From contig NC_043006.1 of the NCBI RefSeq assembly GCF_006345805.1, positions 3,720,001 to 3,784,000 of the forward strand: a stretch of DNA of 64,000 nucleotides. The letters are read 5' to 3'. The DNA is from Octopus sinensis. Taxonomy: Eukaryota. Below the pieces are notes generated by a model. The model was not told the origin of the DNA and searched no databases. It saw only the letters and a list, made by a program, of their open reading frames with translations. Made by a program: the position numbers and the translations under genes. Below are positions 14,286 through 26,800 of the stretch, piece after piece; the first letter of the stretch is position 1; each line of letters opens with the position of its first letter.

Positions 14286-14645
14286 GCAAACATACAGACA
14301 TACTTACATGTATACACACATACGTATATGCTTCAAATGTTTGTGTATGTGTGTGTGTGTGTGCCGGTGTAATGCATAACGTATGTGTATTGACGAGTGT
14401 GAATGCAAGAGAGTGTGCGTGTGTTCGTGTGTGAGAGAGAAAGAGCGGGATAAGAACCTGGGAATCGCAGCAGTTATGACGTAAAAGCATCGATTCCAAA
14501 ATGGTCACAGACAATGCCTTGGTGTGTGTGAGCGTTGCCTTTAATTCTCTTTGGCCTATTCTCTCAGTTTCAATGGTCAGCTGAAACCATTCCACCAACA
14601 ATGATAATGGTCTTGGAGAAGGTCAAAAGATGACAAATTTTTCTC

Positions 14646-14679
<34 letters not shown>

Positions 14680-15065
14680 CTTTATATATTATATATATAT
14701 ATGATTGTATGTGTATATATATGTATACATATATATATATAAATATATATATATAATATATATATATATATAATATATATAATATATATATATAATATAT
14801 ATACATATACATATACGTATATCAGGATTTCTATAGCGATAAATATGCACATAAATAGACACACACGTATAATCATATACACATATACATGCACGTACAC
14901 ACGCACGCACCCAAACATATACTCAGAGGCGCCCAAACAAGTCTGCGCAAATACAAACACATACATTTACATATGTATTAGTAAGTGTGAGTTTATATGT
15001 GTAATATGCTAAAACATATATTAGGTGTATATATGGTGTGTTTACGCGTGTGTGTCTGTGGATGT

Positions 15066-15156
<91 letters not shown>

Positions 15157-15415
15157 ATATACAAACATATGTATATACATTTGTCTATACATACATAAAA
15201 TATGTATGTATATATGTGTGTGTAAGTGTGTGTATGTGTGTGTGCGTGTAGGTGCTTGTGTGTGTGTTTGTGTGCGTTTGCGCGTGCTTATGTGTATGTA
15301 TGTATGTACATCATATTGTACTTTATCAAAAATATCAGAACAGAAAATATAACATTCGCTATAGAAAAGTATGTGTGTGTACTTACATACATACATATAA
15401 ACATACATACATACA

Positions 15416-15447
<32 letters not shown>

Positions 15448-15462
15448 AACATACATACATAC

Positions 15463-15525
<63 letters not shown>

Positions 15526-15583
15526 CATACATACATATAAACATACATACATACATATATATATAAATATATATATATATATC

Positions 15584-15619
<36 letters not shown>

Positions 15620-15770
15620 CATGCATCACACGTATATACACGTGTGTAAATATATATATATGTATATACACGTGTAAAATATATATATATATATATATAC
15701 ATTATATAATATATACATTACATATATGCATATATGTAATTATGTATGTATATACTTATATATACATACA
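13260..15770. repeat. Extended compound TA/TG/TATG microsatellite region with short unique islands
   Basis: Direct reading. This explains the MYVCMY/YIYIYI ORFs in the track. Confidence 0.9.
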
Positions 15771-16170
15771 TTTATCCATCCTTCTTATAGACATACATAC
15801 ATATATAAAGAATTCCTGCAGGAAGCTATGTTTCACTGAACTCGCAGAGTCTAAAAGCCCGTGACTGTGGACCACTGAAGCGATGAAGTAAGTCAATGAT
15901 GCGTTAAAAATTGCTTTGAAGTTGTATATCATTGAAGCAAAGATTCCAGTATCGCTTGCTGGTGTTACATTATATATATTTTGTTCTGGTTGAAATAACT
16001 GCGAGTTGCGGACCCATCTGTGCCACCGCTGATGCAAAATATACAAAAGCTACAAAGATAAAGCAATATAATAATACAAACACGAACATTTGTGAGATAT
16101 TGGTTAGGATTTCAATTACACGCACTTACGCACGCACGCATGCACGCAAAAGTGTGTGTATGTGTTTGTA

Positions 16171-16211
<41 letters not shown>

Positions 16212-16289
16212 GTGTAGCACAAAACGGCGGTGCATCAGCATGGCCGCAGCTCTGAGCTGAAACTAGTAAAAAAAATATATATATATGTG

Positions 16290-17345
16290 AGTTGCAATTT
16301 CTTTTTCAAGTTTCGCTCATTACAAATAATGAAGCAATCCTGGCTAAGTTTTAAAGAAAGAAAATTCCTATAAAAGGGCTACTCGAAGTTTGGAAATGCA
16401 ATTGACGTGAAAAGACAGTTCCGGATGGAGTTTCAAACAGATCCTCGTACGCAACTTATAACCCGATTTAGAGATAAGTTTGAAATTGAATGGACCGTTC
16501 TGAACGTCCTCTGCAAATGTTCCAGAAGAGTGTGAACATCGACAATCTCCACAATACAGGAAAGAGTACCAATAACGCATTGCCAGATTTTTAGAAAATC
16601 TGTGCAACAAGCGATTCGTGAAATAGAGACTTCAGAATTCAAGCATCCATTTTGAATTACTCGCACTGGAAAAGTTTTATTTTGATATTAGTTCATGCAC
16701 TCAATGAAAATATTCGGAACCAAAGTTGGACTTTTTGAGTGGCATTTGGCAGAATGTGTGAAAGATTCCCATTTTCCAACCCAGAGTCTATATTTTAAAA
16801 TAAGTTGTTCGAAACATTTGCACCTAATAGGGGCCTGAAAAACTGTATGCTGTGGAAGAACATCATGTTAATTTACCATGGGTTGTAATATGGTGAGGTT
16901 TATCGTCAAAACTGGACCATTCTTTTTTCACGGTCCTGTGACTTGTTGTGGCACCCTGCCATTCTTAACATTTAAAAGGGCTTTGAGATGTGCAGTTTAT
17001 TGCTAGCAAGATGAGCCACCTTAAAATTACAACAGAATTATAAGGGCCCACATTGATGAGATTTTACCAAACAGGTGAATCACATGAAAAGCTTCGATAG
17101 CACAAACTCTGCATTCCCCAGATCTCAAATCACTCTACTTCTTTTATGGGGATGCATAGGCGATCAAGTTTACAGTGCAAAACCTTAACACACGACCGAC
17201 CGAGAGCAGCCATTGGACGGGAATACGCACGAACACCGAAAGAAAAGCTTCGGATTCCATTGCTTCCCGTTAGCCGCGGTGCTTAGAGCAGGATGACCAT
17301 CAGTTTGAGAAGAAGCCTTCATGAAATAATATTAGATTTAGTCTC
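16290..17345 (+). mobile_element. Heavily decayed Tc1/mariner-superfamily transposase remnant (subfamily uncertain)
   Basis: Broken frames from the ATG at 16329 give MKQSWLSF, RFRDKFEIE, QQD-like (~17005), PDL (~17120), FLWG (~17145) and a DHQFE end. Many frameshifts. Confidence 0.7.
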
Positions 17346-17379
17346 TAGATTATATTAGGGTTGGAAATGAAGCGCATTA

Positions 17380-17761
17380 TCTCTCTCTATATAAACGGCA
17401 GTTTGTCTGTGCGTGTTTCTGTGTGTCTGTTTGCTTGTACCCTCACCCTGACCACGGCTTTCGACCGATTCTGATGAAACTTGACACACACATAGCCCAA
17501 TGTCATAATTCAAAACTAACGCAGCGAAAATTTTGAAAAGTTCCCCCAGTTCTGAAAAAAAATCGATAAATTCGACATGGGGTCGAGAATCAGAAACACA
17601 AACTGCAAACTGTCTAGGGGACGCAACTCCACCTTTTTTAACTAAAAAAAAATTTACCATCATTTTTTTCCATTTTTTTGCTATTTTTTGGCTATAACTC
17701 TCTAAAATGCTTTATAGTTATTTCCCTTACAAACCTGAGCAACGCCGGGCGATACTGCTAG
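17380..17761 (+). mobile_element. Non-autonomous Helitron
   Basis: Inserted at A|T. Starts TC...TATATAAA with a GTCTGT-rich 5' part and ends with hairpin cctgagcaacgccggg plus CTAG. Confidence 0.8.
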
Positions 17762-18762
17762 TAATAAATACAGACATTATAAAAATTGAATGTGTGTGTG
17801 TAAGTGTGTGTGCGTGTGTTTGTGTGTGTGCGTGTGTAAGTGTGTGTGCGTGTGTGTGTGTGTGTGTATGTGTATTCTCATCTAAAATGGAGACTATTAC
17901 CAACATTCCCAAATGGCGCGCAATAACAGTTTATTGAGCAATAACAGTTATTACTGTTTCAGAAATTTCCAATCGAAAAATAACAGTTATTGCAATTGCT
18001 CCTGCAATGTGCATTTTCGTCCATTGTCGAGTTTTCGGTCGCATTATTTACAAAGACGAGTCCGGGTACGAAACGTCCTAACTTTTCAGTGTTGGCTCTA
18101 AGTTTTATAGAAATCTTTAGCAATATGCGCGCGTGTGTGTATGTGTGTGTATGTGTGTGTGTGTAACAATTGTTCCAAGTTGTTGCAACAGAATACCCTT
18201 CGTTAAAGGTTCACTGAATGCCATGTAGTGGTGTTAAACCGAGCGACGGATGAAGTCTACCCCTGTAGAATATGAAAAAGTGTGTGTGTGTGTGTGTCTG
18301 TGAATTTGTGTATGCGTGTAATGCATGGGGATAATATTGCTATTTTCACGGAGAAAATATTGCTCCTTATTCATTTATTATGTAGAAAAAGAGAGGAAAA
18401 AAGAAAGATTCAGAAGTCTTATCAAAGGCTGAATATCTACAGAAGGAAGGTTTAATTCATATCCATGCATTCTTACTTAACCTCAGATCGACCTTGATCG
18501 TAGACAAATAAGATGTAAAATGTTAATATAGATTATCTCAGTAATAATGGTTACAAATTGTGGCACAGGACCAATAGTCATTGAGGCTAGGGGCGCTAGT
18601 CGATTACATCAACCCCAGTACTTAAGTGTTACTCATTTTATCAACCCCGAAATAATGAAAGTCAAAGTCCACCTCGGCGGTATTTGAACTCAGAAGAGTG
18701 TGTGTGTATATGTAAGTGCATATGTATGTGTACATACATATGTATATATACATATACACTCA

Positions 18763-18817
<55 letters not shown>

Positions 18818-19374
18818 GACATACGAGCAAAACGCCCCCGTCCAATGGACGCAGCTGAGTTGTCAAACATTTAAACCAAATTTTCTCAAAACAACTTGTC
18901 CGACCATCTCATACACATCCCCTTTGAGAAACACTGATTTAACCTAAATTTGAGACATCAGCAAAAGAAGAAATAAAGATAGACTTTTTTTCTGTTCCAA
19001 AGAAAAACGATTTATTCACACAAATATGCAACCGAAGAGTTTAAAGTACCAGTAATGATAAGGCTGTTGACTGGGAGAACACAAACATAGTTTAAACTGT
19101 AAGCTTGGCAGGAAAGAAACGCACCTTTAAACAGTACAAAAACAACAAAAAATGGAAGGTGCAGTTCTGTACAGGTTGACGGAAGAAAAGCAGGACAAAA
19201 ACGATGCATGCAAATGGGTTAGCTGGAGGTATATCTAGATGGAAAAGCATGAGGAATTTATGAGAACGTACCTGGGACAATAATAAGTTTATCCGATAAA
19301 ACATATAGGAAATCAACTTGGGGCGATTTTTGATGAATAGTAACAACCTAGGGAACTAAGTAACTAATTTTATT

Positions 19375-19660
19375 ATTTCAAGCCAGCCGGCTTTTTTTGC
19401 GCAAACTGCACGTGCATTTTTCTCGCGTACGCGTAGTATCCATCGCAACAGCTGATGTACTTGCGCGTACAAATGCACGTTCCCACGGCTTTATCGATCG
19501 CATTCTCACCTGGAATCGATTTTTGTAATTTTTCCAACACTTATACACGCCCTGATACCGTCGGTATTTACATATCAAATTTGAGCGCAATCGAATGGAG
19601 GATGCCCGAGATACTAGAAGACACACACACAGACAGGCAGAATGGATTTTATATAATAGA
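19375..19660 (-). mobile_element. Helitron-like 5' portion with internal hairpin
   Basis: Minus strand begins A|TCTATTATATAAAA...gtctgtgtgtgtgtc...cgattgcgctcaaattt. The 3' end is unclear. Confidence 0.45.
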
Positions 19661-19913
19661 TCTATCTTATGTATATACTTCTATATATGTATAAATACAC
19701 ATGTATATACACACACACACACAGGTTTCTGTGTGCTTGTGAGTGTGCATGTGTGTGCGTGCGTGAAGATTGGGGTTGTCATGAAGTTGCCTAACATTGT
19801 CTAATATTATATTGTGAAGATCCACCCACGAAATATTTGTGGGTGTATCACTGTAAATGAAACAAAAATATCGACGACAACAATGAAGCACATTGCATAG
19901 AGGTATGGTTTAC

Positions 19914-19964
19914 CTTGACACCGTTGAAGCATCTGCTGATAGGCCTGATCCAACCGCAATCACA
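19914..19964 (-). other. Candidate 51-nt exon
   Basis: Acceptor tttttgcttactattcattttAG and donor aag|GTAAAC. Open in two frames (CDCGWIRPISRCFNGVK or VIAVGSGLSADASTVS). No homology recognised. Confidence 0.25.
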
Positions 19965-20339
19965 CTAAAATGAATAGTAAGCAAAAACTGCCACAACAAG
20001 TTATAACGAATACAATACAACAACAAAATTACGACTACAAGTTCTATTATAGACGCAATACTGGGAGGTTGTAGAGAGGGTTTCGTCGATTCAATTTATC
20101 CCCGTACATAAGAGATTCATTTTACTAATGACCTTTGGAATGATGAAAATTAAAATGGACGATCGCTGAATTTAAAGAACAATAACAATAATAAAAATTA
20201 AAATAATACTTTGTAAAATAGGGACAAGGACAGAAATATTGGACAAGGAAGTAAGTCGATTGACCACAGTGGTCAACTGGTAACTTTTTCATCGGCCACA
20301 AAAGGATGAAGGGCATAGTCAACTTCGGTGCAAATTGAG

Positions 20340-21410
20340 GATGATGGCAACAGACAGACCGTCTGACCACTGGAACGCGTCCCTTCCACAAGAATTTAAA
20401 TAAGAGACGCTCCAACCTGGTCAAGCAGTAACCGTGTCAAAGCACGACGGTCAGGAGATAAATGATAACAGAGGGGATGTGAGCATTCACCAGCTCTGTC
20501 CGACCTTTCAGAGACAGCTTCCTTTCAGCCCATTTCTGGATAAGACTGGCTACCTCGTCCTAATTCTTATCAATCTATAGGTCGGAACTTAACCAGACCC
20601 CAAGCAGTTTAACAAGTTCGTCGGCCCTGTGTCCGACAATGCAGTCCGATAGCACCGTTCTGCTTCTCCAGGAGCCAAACCGCAAACCCACCGATTTGTT
20701 GGCGTTGATTTTAGCCCTTGCAACCGACTCATATTTTTTTACCGACCGTCTCCACTTCGTAGGCATCCGACACCATGATGACACTGCCTTTCCTTGCCCC
20801 AGTTCGAAAGGGATGCCCTTTAGCTGTTCCAACTTCCGCAGCAGTAGCTCGAGTGCCAATACGTACAGAAGAGGCAGCTCTGACGGACCGGGCGTGCGAT
20901 GCCAAACGGCTCCGATAGGTGGCCGTTTACTTTGGCCACTGAACAGGTGCTGCTGTGCATTGCAGCGATCTAATCTCTGTAAAAACGGGTCCGAAACCAG
21001 CTTTTAAGACGGCTTCCAAGTAGAGATGGTCGACCCTATTGAATGCTTTTGATTGATCCAAATTGATCAGAGCACCCCCGAAGCCAGCTTTGGTTCTAGA
21101 CCTCTCTATGATGTATCACATAAGGTGGGAGGTTGTCGTGTATAGACCTGCTCGGGATTGCGCACGTTTGCGTTTCTCCGACCAGGCTACCGTTGACGAG
21201 CGCCAACCTTTTCGTTAACACCTTGGCCCAAATCTTAAACTCTGTGTTTAGCAGAGTTATAGGCCGAAAATTCTCTAGTACGTACCCATTGTTGGCGTCC
21301 TTCCTCATCAGTGTCCCCACCCCTTTGCTAGCAGCACTAGGAATTCTCCCGTTCTGTTACCAGTCATGGTAGACGTCTGTCAAGAGGTCGCCAAACAAAA
21401 CTGGCATGAA
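20340..21410 (-). mobile_element. L1/Tx1-clade LINE RT fragment, decayed
   Basis: ENFRPITLLNTEFKIWAKVL, QTCAIPSRSIHDN, ALELLLRKL, AKINANKS, KLLGVWL and FKFLWKG. Confidence 0.85.
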
Positions 21411-21984
21411 TATATAGAATTCATAGGGTAGACTTTTCTATGAGAATTAACATTTCTAATAAATATAGGAGAATTTATCCTATGGAAAGCAGTATCCCCT
21501 GATGTATATCTGTAGCCTTGGTAAATGCTTAGAAAGTGGGGAAAAAGAAATTCAAGAATACTTCCAGACTTTGGAAGAACATAACAGCCTAGACTTTTAA
21601 AATTTTCTTTGCATAGAGACAGCTTAAACAAGAACAGATTTTGACGACTTTAGCCATATCATATGCAATATCTTAGGTCACCATTGTCTTCTTAAATTTA
21701 ATTCCGAAATATACTTTCTTGCAGAGAATTAGACTAATCTGTTTGTCTTTGTTTGCTTCTAAGTATTTATCTACTCATATGTACGTCGTAGGTGTATTTT
21801 ATCTCTGACCGTCCAAATCTCTATACCATTGCAATCGTTTGACTTAGCGTTTTGCATAAATTGACAGAAGCACTACACAACAGAATCAATTAAAAAGAAT
21901 ATCAATGAAGAGCGGTGAAATATCACAATTGCAACAGACTCACAAAACGGTGAAATATCACAATTGTTATCGATGACTTTGATT

Positions 21985-22550
21985 CTATACTGTCTGTCAA
22001 CAACGCTTGCGATGAAACTGATGACAAATTGTATTGGCCCAAGTCTGTAGCCTTTATTTTGGATAAACAACCGTGAGGTAGATAGGGGAGACCTAAGTGC
22101 ATGGGCAACTAACTCTTCCATTCTGTCTCAAAAAAATATTTTCTTGCAAAGACCAAGAAAATCATTTCAATTGTGCTCACAGTCCCGTGGAAATAGGGGT
22201 GTGATAAGGCCCACGAATTAAAACGTGCAAAATATGAGAGCCTTCTGCGGGATTGCAGGGAGAAGTTATGGCTTTTCCCAGTCGATGTTGGCTATAAGGG
22301 CTTCCCTGCTCAGTCGACATGGAAGATGCTTACAGTTATTGGAATTAGAGGAAAAGAACGAAGGGTAGCTGAAAAAGCTTCTTGTTGGCTTTGGAGAAAG
22401 AGAGAGAAATTAAGCTGGAAGCCAGGATGAGATGGGAAGCAGTGATTTGCACACCTCTGTTGGCCCACCAACGGGAGGGTGTTAGGGTTCAGGGTCGAAA
22501 CACCTGTTGAACTGATGACATCAGTTCCTCCTGGCGAAAGCTCCATTCAA
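21985..22550 (+). mobile_element. HERO/NeSL-type REL-endonuclease LINE 3' fragment
   Basis: 22146-22430 translates as AKTKKIISIVLTVPWK*GCDKAHELKRAKYESL...LFPVDVGYKGFPAQS...AEKASCWLWRKR, followed by a putative 3' UTR. Confidence 0.7.
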
Positions 22551-22760
22551 TTTGGTAAGTGGTAAAAGCAACTTCTGGGTGCTATCAACACACACACACA
22601 CACACATGCATGAAACATCGATGACTGGGATAGCTAATAGATGGTAACACGGAACGAACCGGGCGTTTTCACACTGCATTTTAGCAGTTGAAATATGTCA
22701 CAAACATATTTCAACTAACCTAAATTTTGTTTATGCCTAAATACTGCTTAGCGCTAACAT

Positions 22761-22796
<36 letters not shown>

Positions 22797-22904
22797 CAAA
22801 ATGTATATATACATATAAACATACATACATAGCCACTGAAGCAGTATCAATACCAAGAGGTAATCTTGTTCTCTAACTTAACGTGGGAGTTGTGTTAGAA
22901 CACA

Positions 22905-23050
22905 GAGTACTGCGTAATTAACCTTGAGAGGATCTCTCATGTGGACTCATAGCACATAAAAACGCTCGTAATTATATCGCTGACAGATGATAACCGTCTG
23001 CCATGGCCGCCTGAACTGTCAGATCACGTGATTTCTCTGTGATTTTGCTG
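22905..23050 (+). mobile_element. Mariner-like transposase crumb (WPP.SPDL..CDF region)
   Basis: tggccgcctgaactgtcagatcacgtgatttc resembles WPPxSPDLxxCDF coding sequence. Confidence 0.35.
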
Positions 23051-23099
23051 ACAAGTGAGGTTAGATAGACAGGTCTATAATGTTTAGCCTCCGCTCTGT

Positions 23100-23735
23100 T
23101 TCCTCCTTTGGAAAAAGATCAGCAGTGATCTTGCTAGAGCTCCTTAGCATTTCTTTGGGAGGATTGCTGGGAATCTATCATAGTCTGCGACTGAGTTTAA
23201 ACGCATTTCATCAATGGCTGATAGTACATCAGATTCTTCTATTTCGGTGTAATCGATAATCCCTTTGTGTAGAGTTGTGGTGCTGAAGACCTGTTGAGTT
23301 ATGGCTATTTGCAAGCGTTCCATCGACGTTGTGGAAACATTTTTGTGTTGCACATTCAGAATTTCACTTATCTTCTCCGGCTCTGCAGTTAACGAGTCAC
23401 TTTCTTTGAATAGTGGCTCTATTTTGTACCGTATCGAAGCAGACTCTTTTGCAAATCTATAGAAGGCTTTAGGGTTTGCTTACGTTTTATACAACCCTGC
23501 CTACTTTTTCTGCCCTGTCCTGTTCATGGGAACGTTTAAGTTCACTTTCAATCGCAAGCAGTGTTTGTTTAAGAAAAGATTCTTTCCTATCTTTTAGTGG
23601 CCCATTCAAATGATTTAAAGTCTTTGCTTGTCGTCTCATAAAAATCTTCATATCCCTGGGAATTAAGTTTTGTTCGTTTGACATAGTCCTCGATGTAAAC
23701 TTACTACGTATGTCATGCATGACTGTCACAAATAT
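23100..23735 (-). mobile_element. CR1-like LINE ORF2 fragment (endonuclease-RT linker)
   Basis: IPRDMKIFMRR, ANPKAFYRFAK, EPEKISEILN and EESDVLSAIDEMRLNSVADYDRFPAIL. Confidence 0.75.
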
Positions 23736-24759
23736 TTGTTTTTATATCGAGTTATAATACAAAAATATTAAACTGAAAAATTACTCAAAATACTTTTTAG
23801 TGTACATGTTCATTGTTCATTATAAATAATCGTTATTTGCACCGTCTACAGCGAGATCTGGAATGAATATTTGCATATTTATTCATAACGCGCAGGAGCG
23901 TAGCTCTTTGGAAAATAACTTCACCCTTTAATAACAATATGTTCAATATGTTCAACACAATCATCTCACTGGTGCATGGCATTCTCCGTTCACAGGTGTT
24001 TCGACATATTGTGTCTCATCAGTCAGAAGTAACCGGAGACTAACCAAATCCGATGGCTTCCTTCATTGTTTGAGCGGACTAATTGTTTTCTGAAAAGTAT
24101 TCTTTAATGTTTTTAGTAGAATGACAGTGGCATTGAACTTTCGGCCTGATAGTCTTCGAAACTTCGAAGTCGCTGTCCTTCTTACTTGCAAAGGTATAAC
24201 CAATATAATACTAAAAGTCTGTGATTGCTTGCTTGCGTGCTTCTCTGTAATTTAATACAGCCAAACCGGTGCATAATGGGAAAATACTCTGAAAGTAAGA
24301 TCACCCCTGAAATGTGAATACAAACAGAATAAAACAAGTTTCGCGTAAATCGGGGGACGGATTCCCAAGATACGCGGTCTTTTAGGTTTGTTTCCACAAA
24401 TGTAAGCAGTGAAATCTAGGGTTATTGCCCTTTACTCAGAACATTTGGATAGTTTTGTTTGCGTGCTTCCTTGCGTGAGTGCTTGTCTGTATTTTAACAC
24501 GGCCAAACCGGCGCATAATGGGAAAAAATACTGAAAGTAAGATCACCCCTGAAATAGGAATACAAACTGAACAATAGACGTTTCGCGTAAATCGGACCAC
24601 AGGTTCCCAAGATACGCGGTTTTTTGTGTGGGTGGGGGTACCTTTATGATTGCCTGCTTGCGTTCTTGTTTGTAATTTAATACAGCCATGGCCGCCTGAA
24701 CTATCAGTGACTTCGAAGTTTCAAAGACTATCAGGCCGAAACTTCAACGTTGCTATCAT

Positions 24760-25220
24760 CTCAACTCCGCATATTTAGTTCAAACGTAAAATTTGTGCTT
24801 TTGTATGGCTCTGAAACATGGAGAGCCACCTGCAGCAACTACAAGAAGATCCAGACCGTCATCGACATATGTCTCCGGCAGATCCTCCATCTGAAGTGGT
24901 TCGACAGAATGCCAAACACCGACCTATGGCAAAAGGCCAACCAGGAGTCCATACATGTTCAGATTAGACGAAGGAAAAGGAGATGGATCGGGCACACACT
25001 GTGGAAAGAACCCTCAAATGTGGAACGACAAGACTAGAACTTGACTAGAACCTGCAGGGGAAAAGGAAGCAGACATGAAAGCGGAGCATTTTGGACGAGC
25101 TCAGGACCACCGGCCTGACATGGGAAGCAGCCAAGAAACACGCCAATGACCGCAAAAAGGGGAAAACAACTGTGAGGCCCTATGCTCCACAAGGGGCAAA
25201 AAGAATTGAGAAGAAGAATA
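24760..25220 (+). mobile_element. RTE-clade LINE 3' end
   Basis: NVKFVLLYGSETW, CLRQIL, RWIGHTL and ALCSTR-like terminus with a short (AAG)n tail. Confidence 0.85.
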
Positions 25221-25415
25221 CCGGCGCATAATGGGAAAATACTTTGGAAGTAATGTACCATTGAAATGTGAATACATACGGAATAAAACAAGTTTCGCGT
25301 AAATCGGACCACGGGTTCCCGAGATACACTCTGTTTTAGATTAGCTTTATAAATAGCCAAACCGGTGCGTAATGGGGAAAATGCTTTGAAAGTAAGGTGC
25401 CATTGAAATGACAAT

Positions 25416-25813
25416 ACTTCAATTAAGAGGGCGAGCTGGCAGAAACGTTAGCACGCCGGGCGAAATGCTTAGCAGTATTTCGTCTGCCATTACGTTCTGA
25501 GTTCAAATTCTACCGAGGTCGACCTTGCCTTTCATCCTTTCGGGGTCGATAAATTAAGTACTAGTTACGCACTAGGGTCGATGTAATCGACTTAATCCGT
25601 TTGTCTGTCCTTGTTTGTCCCATCTGTGTTTAGCCCCTTGTGGGTAGTAAAGAAATAGGTATTTCGTCTGTCTTTATGTTCTGAGTTCAAATTTCGCCGA
25701 GGTCGACTTTGCCTTTCATCCTTTCAGGGTCGATAAATTAAGTACCAGTTGGTCGATCTAATCGGCTGGCCCCCTCCCACCAAATTTCGGTCCTTGTGTC
25801 TAAAGTAGGAAAG
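25416..25813 (+). mobile_element. SINE type B, two tandem partial copies, inserted in an array unit
   Basis: ggcgagctggcagaaacgttagc (box A) and gagttcaaattc (box B). The array unit resumes after it, with an apparent aatac duplication. Confidence 0.85.
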
Positions 25814-26204
25814 AATACAAACGGAATAAAACAAGTTCCAAGTGAATCGGACCACGGGTTCCCGAGACACGCGGTTTTTCCGAGTACCTTGAACTACTGA
25901 TAACCCAATGGGTCACGGAGAGTCTAGCATATATGATTCTTTCTTTCTTGTTTGTTCCCGTCTGGGCTATGAAAGGTCTTTTTTATACTTTTGTTGGTCG
26001 TAATTATTCATACAAATATGTAATTCCTCGCGAAGAATCTAATTTTCATTTCAAGAGGAGTTTTTCGTGTTTGTCTTTGGAATTAATTAAACTCCGAAAC
26101 ACTATGTAGAATTTATATTAGATCTGTACCAACCTGGATTATGAATTAAAGATCGTCTACACCTACAATTTTTTTTCTTTTCCTTATACTTCAATTATAT
26201 ATAC

Positions 26205-26684
26205 TACATTGAGGAAAAGGATCATGCGCAGTGATAAAATAATGATTTTTTTTTTCGTAAGAATTTATCCAAAAACAACAACTTTTCATTTTCCACGACC
26301 TTCTCTCAATGATCTGCAAGCTTTCGGATTTGGTCAAAGTACCAATCCTTCGGCTTTGAATCGAAACATTCTTGACAGGCTTCTTCAACTTCATCGAATG
26401 ACTTTTCATAACGTGCTGCACTGATCGGGAGAGACTGTAGTCAGATAGAGCAATGTCTGGACTATAGGCTGAATGCGGCAGAACTTCAACACCGTCCAGT
26501 TCTTCAATCGTGCGGCTTTGCATTGTTTTGTTGAAATAGAGCGCGATTTCGACAAACAAGCTTTGGTTACTTTTCAACAGTGAGTCATCATTGAACACGA
26601 CATGAACTGAATGGACACACACACCACAAAAATATATATAAAAGCATTATTTTCACACGGCGCACGAACTTTTTCCTCAACCTA
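26205..26684 (-). mobile_element. Internally deleted mariner element with TIRs
   Basis: Imperfect TIRs (ttgaggaaaaggatcatgcg vs ttgaggaaaaagttcgtgcg). The interior encodes EVLPHSAYSPDIALSDYSL, the YSPDL motif. Confidence 0.8.
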
Positions 26685-26800
26685 TTATATCATTGTATCG
26701 AGCAAATATTTTTATGCACCGCTGGTCACAGTGGGCTTCCTCACATTGCAGACAGGCCAACATTACTCCTGAATGGAAAGCTAGTCCGTCGCTGGGGTAC

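Larger units (their letters stand above)
24225..25880 (+). repeat. Decayed tandem array (~240-bp period, ~140-bp conserved core), interrupted by RTE and SINE insertions
   Basis: Core ccggtgcataatgggaaaa...gtttcgcgtaaatcgg...ttcccaagatacgcgg at ~24256, ~24497 and ~25221, plus a split copy at 25353-25415 and 25813-25880. Confidence 0.8.

Noticed and set aside
15822-15887. Plus-strand exon candidate with CAG acceptor and GTAAGT donor
   Set aside because: There are stop codons in all three frames.
21380-21700. 83-aa non-repetitive ORF as a host exon
   Set aside because: The nearest plausible acceptor gives stops in all frames, no domain is recognisable, and it lies between LINE fragments.
22470-22530. 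GAAAC and CTGATGA motifs in the HERO-like 3' UTR as a hammerhead
   Set aside because: The order and spacing leave no helix I, so it cannot fold into a standard topology.
24225-25880. CRISPR-like repeat-spacer pattern
   Set aside because: The units are long, diverged and irregular, the context is eukaryotic, and there are no cas genes.
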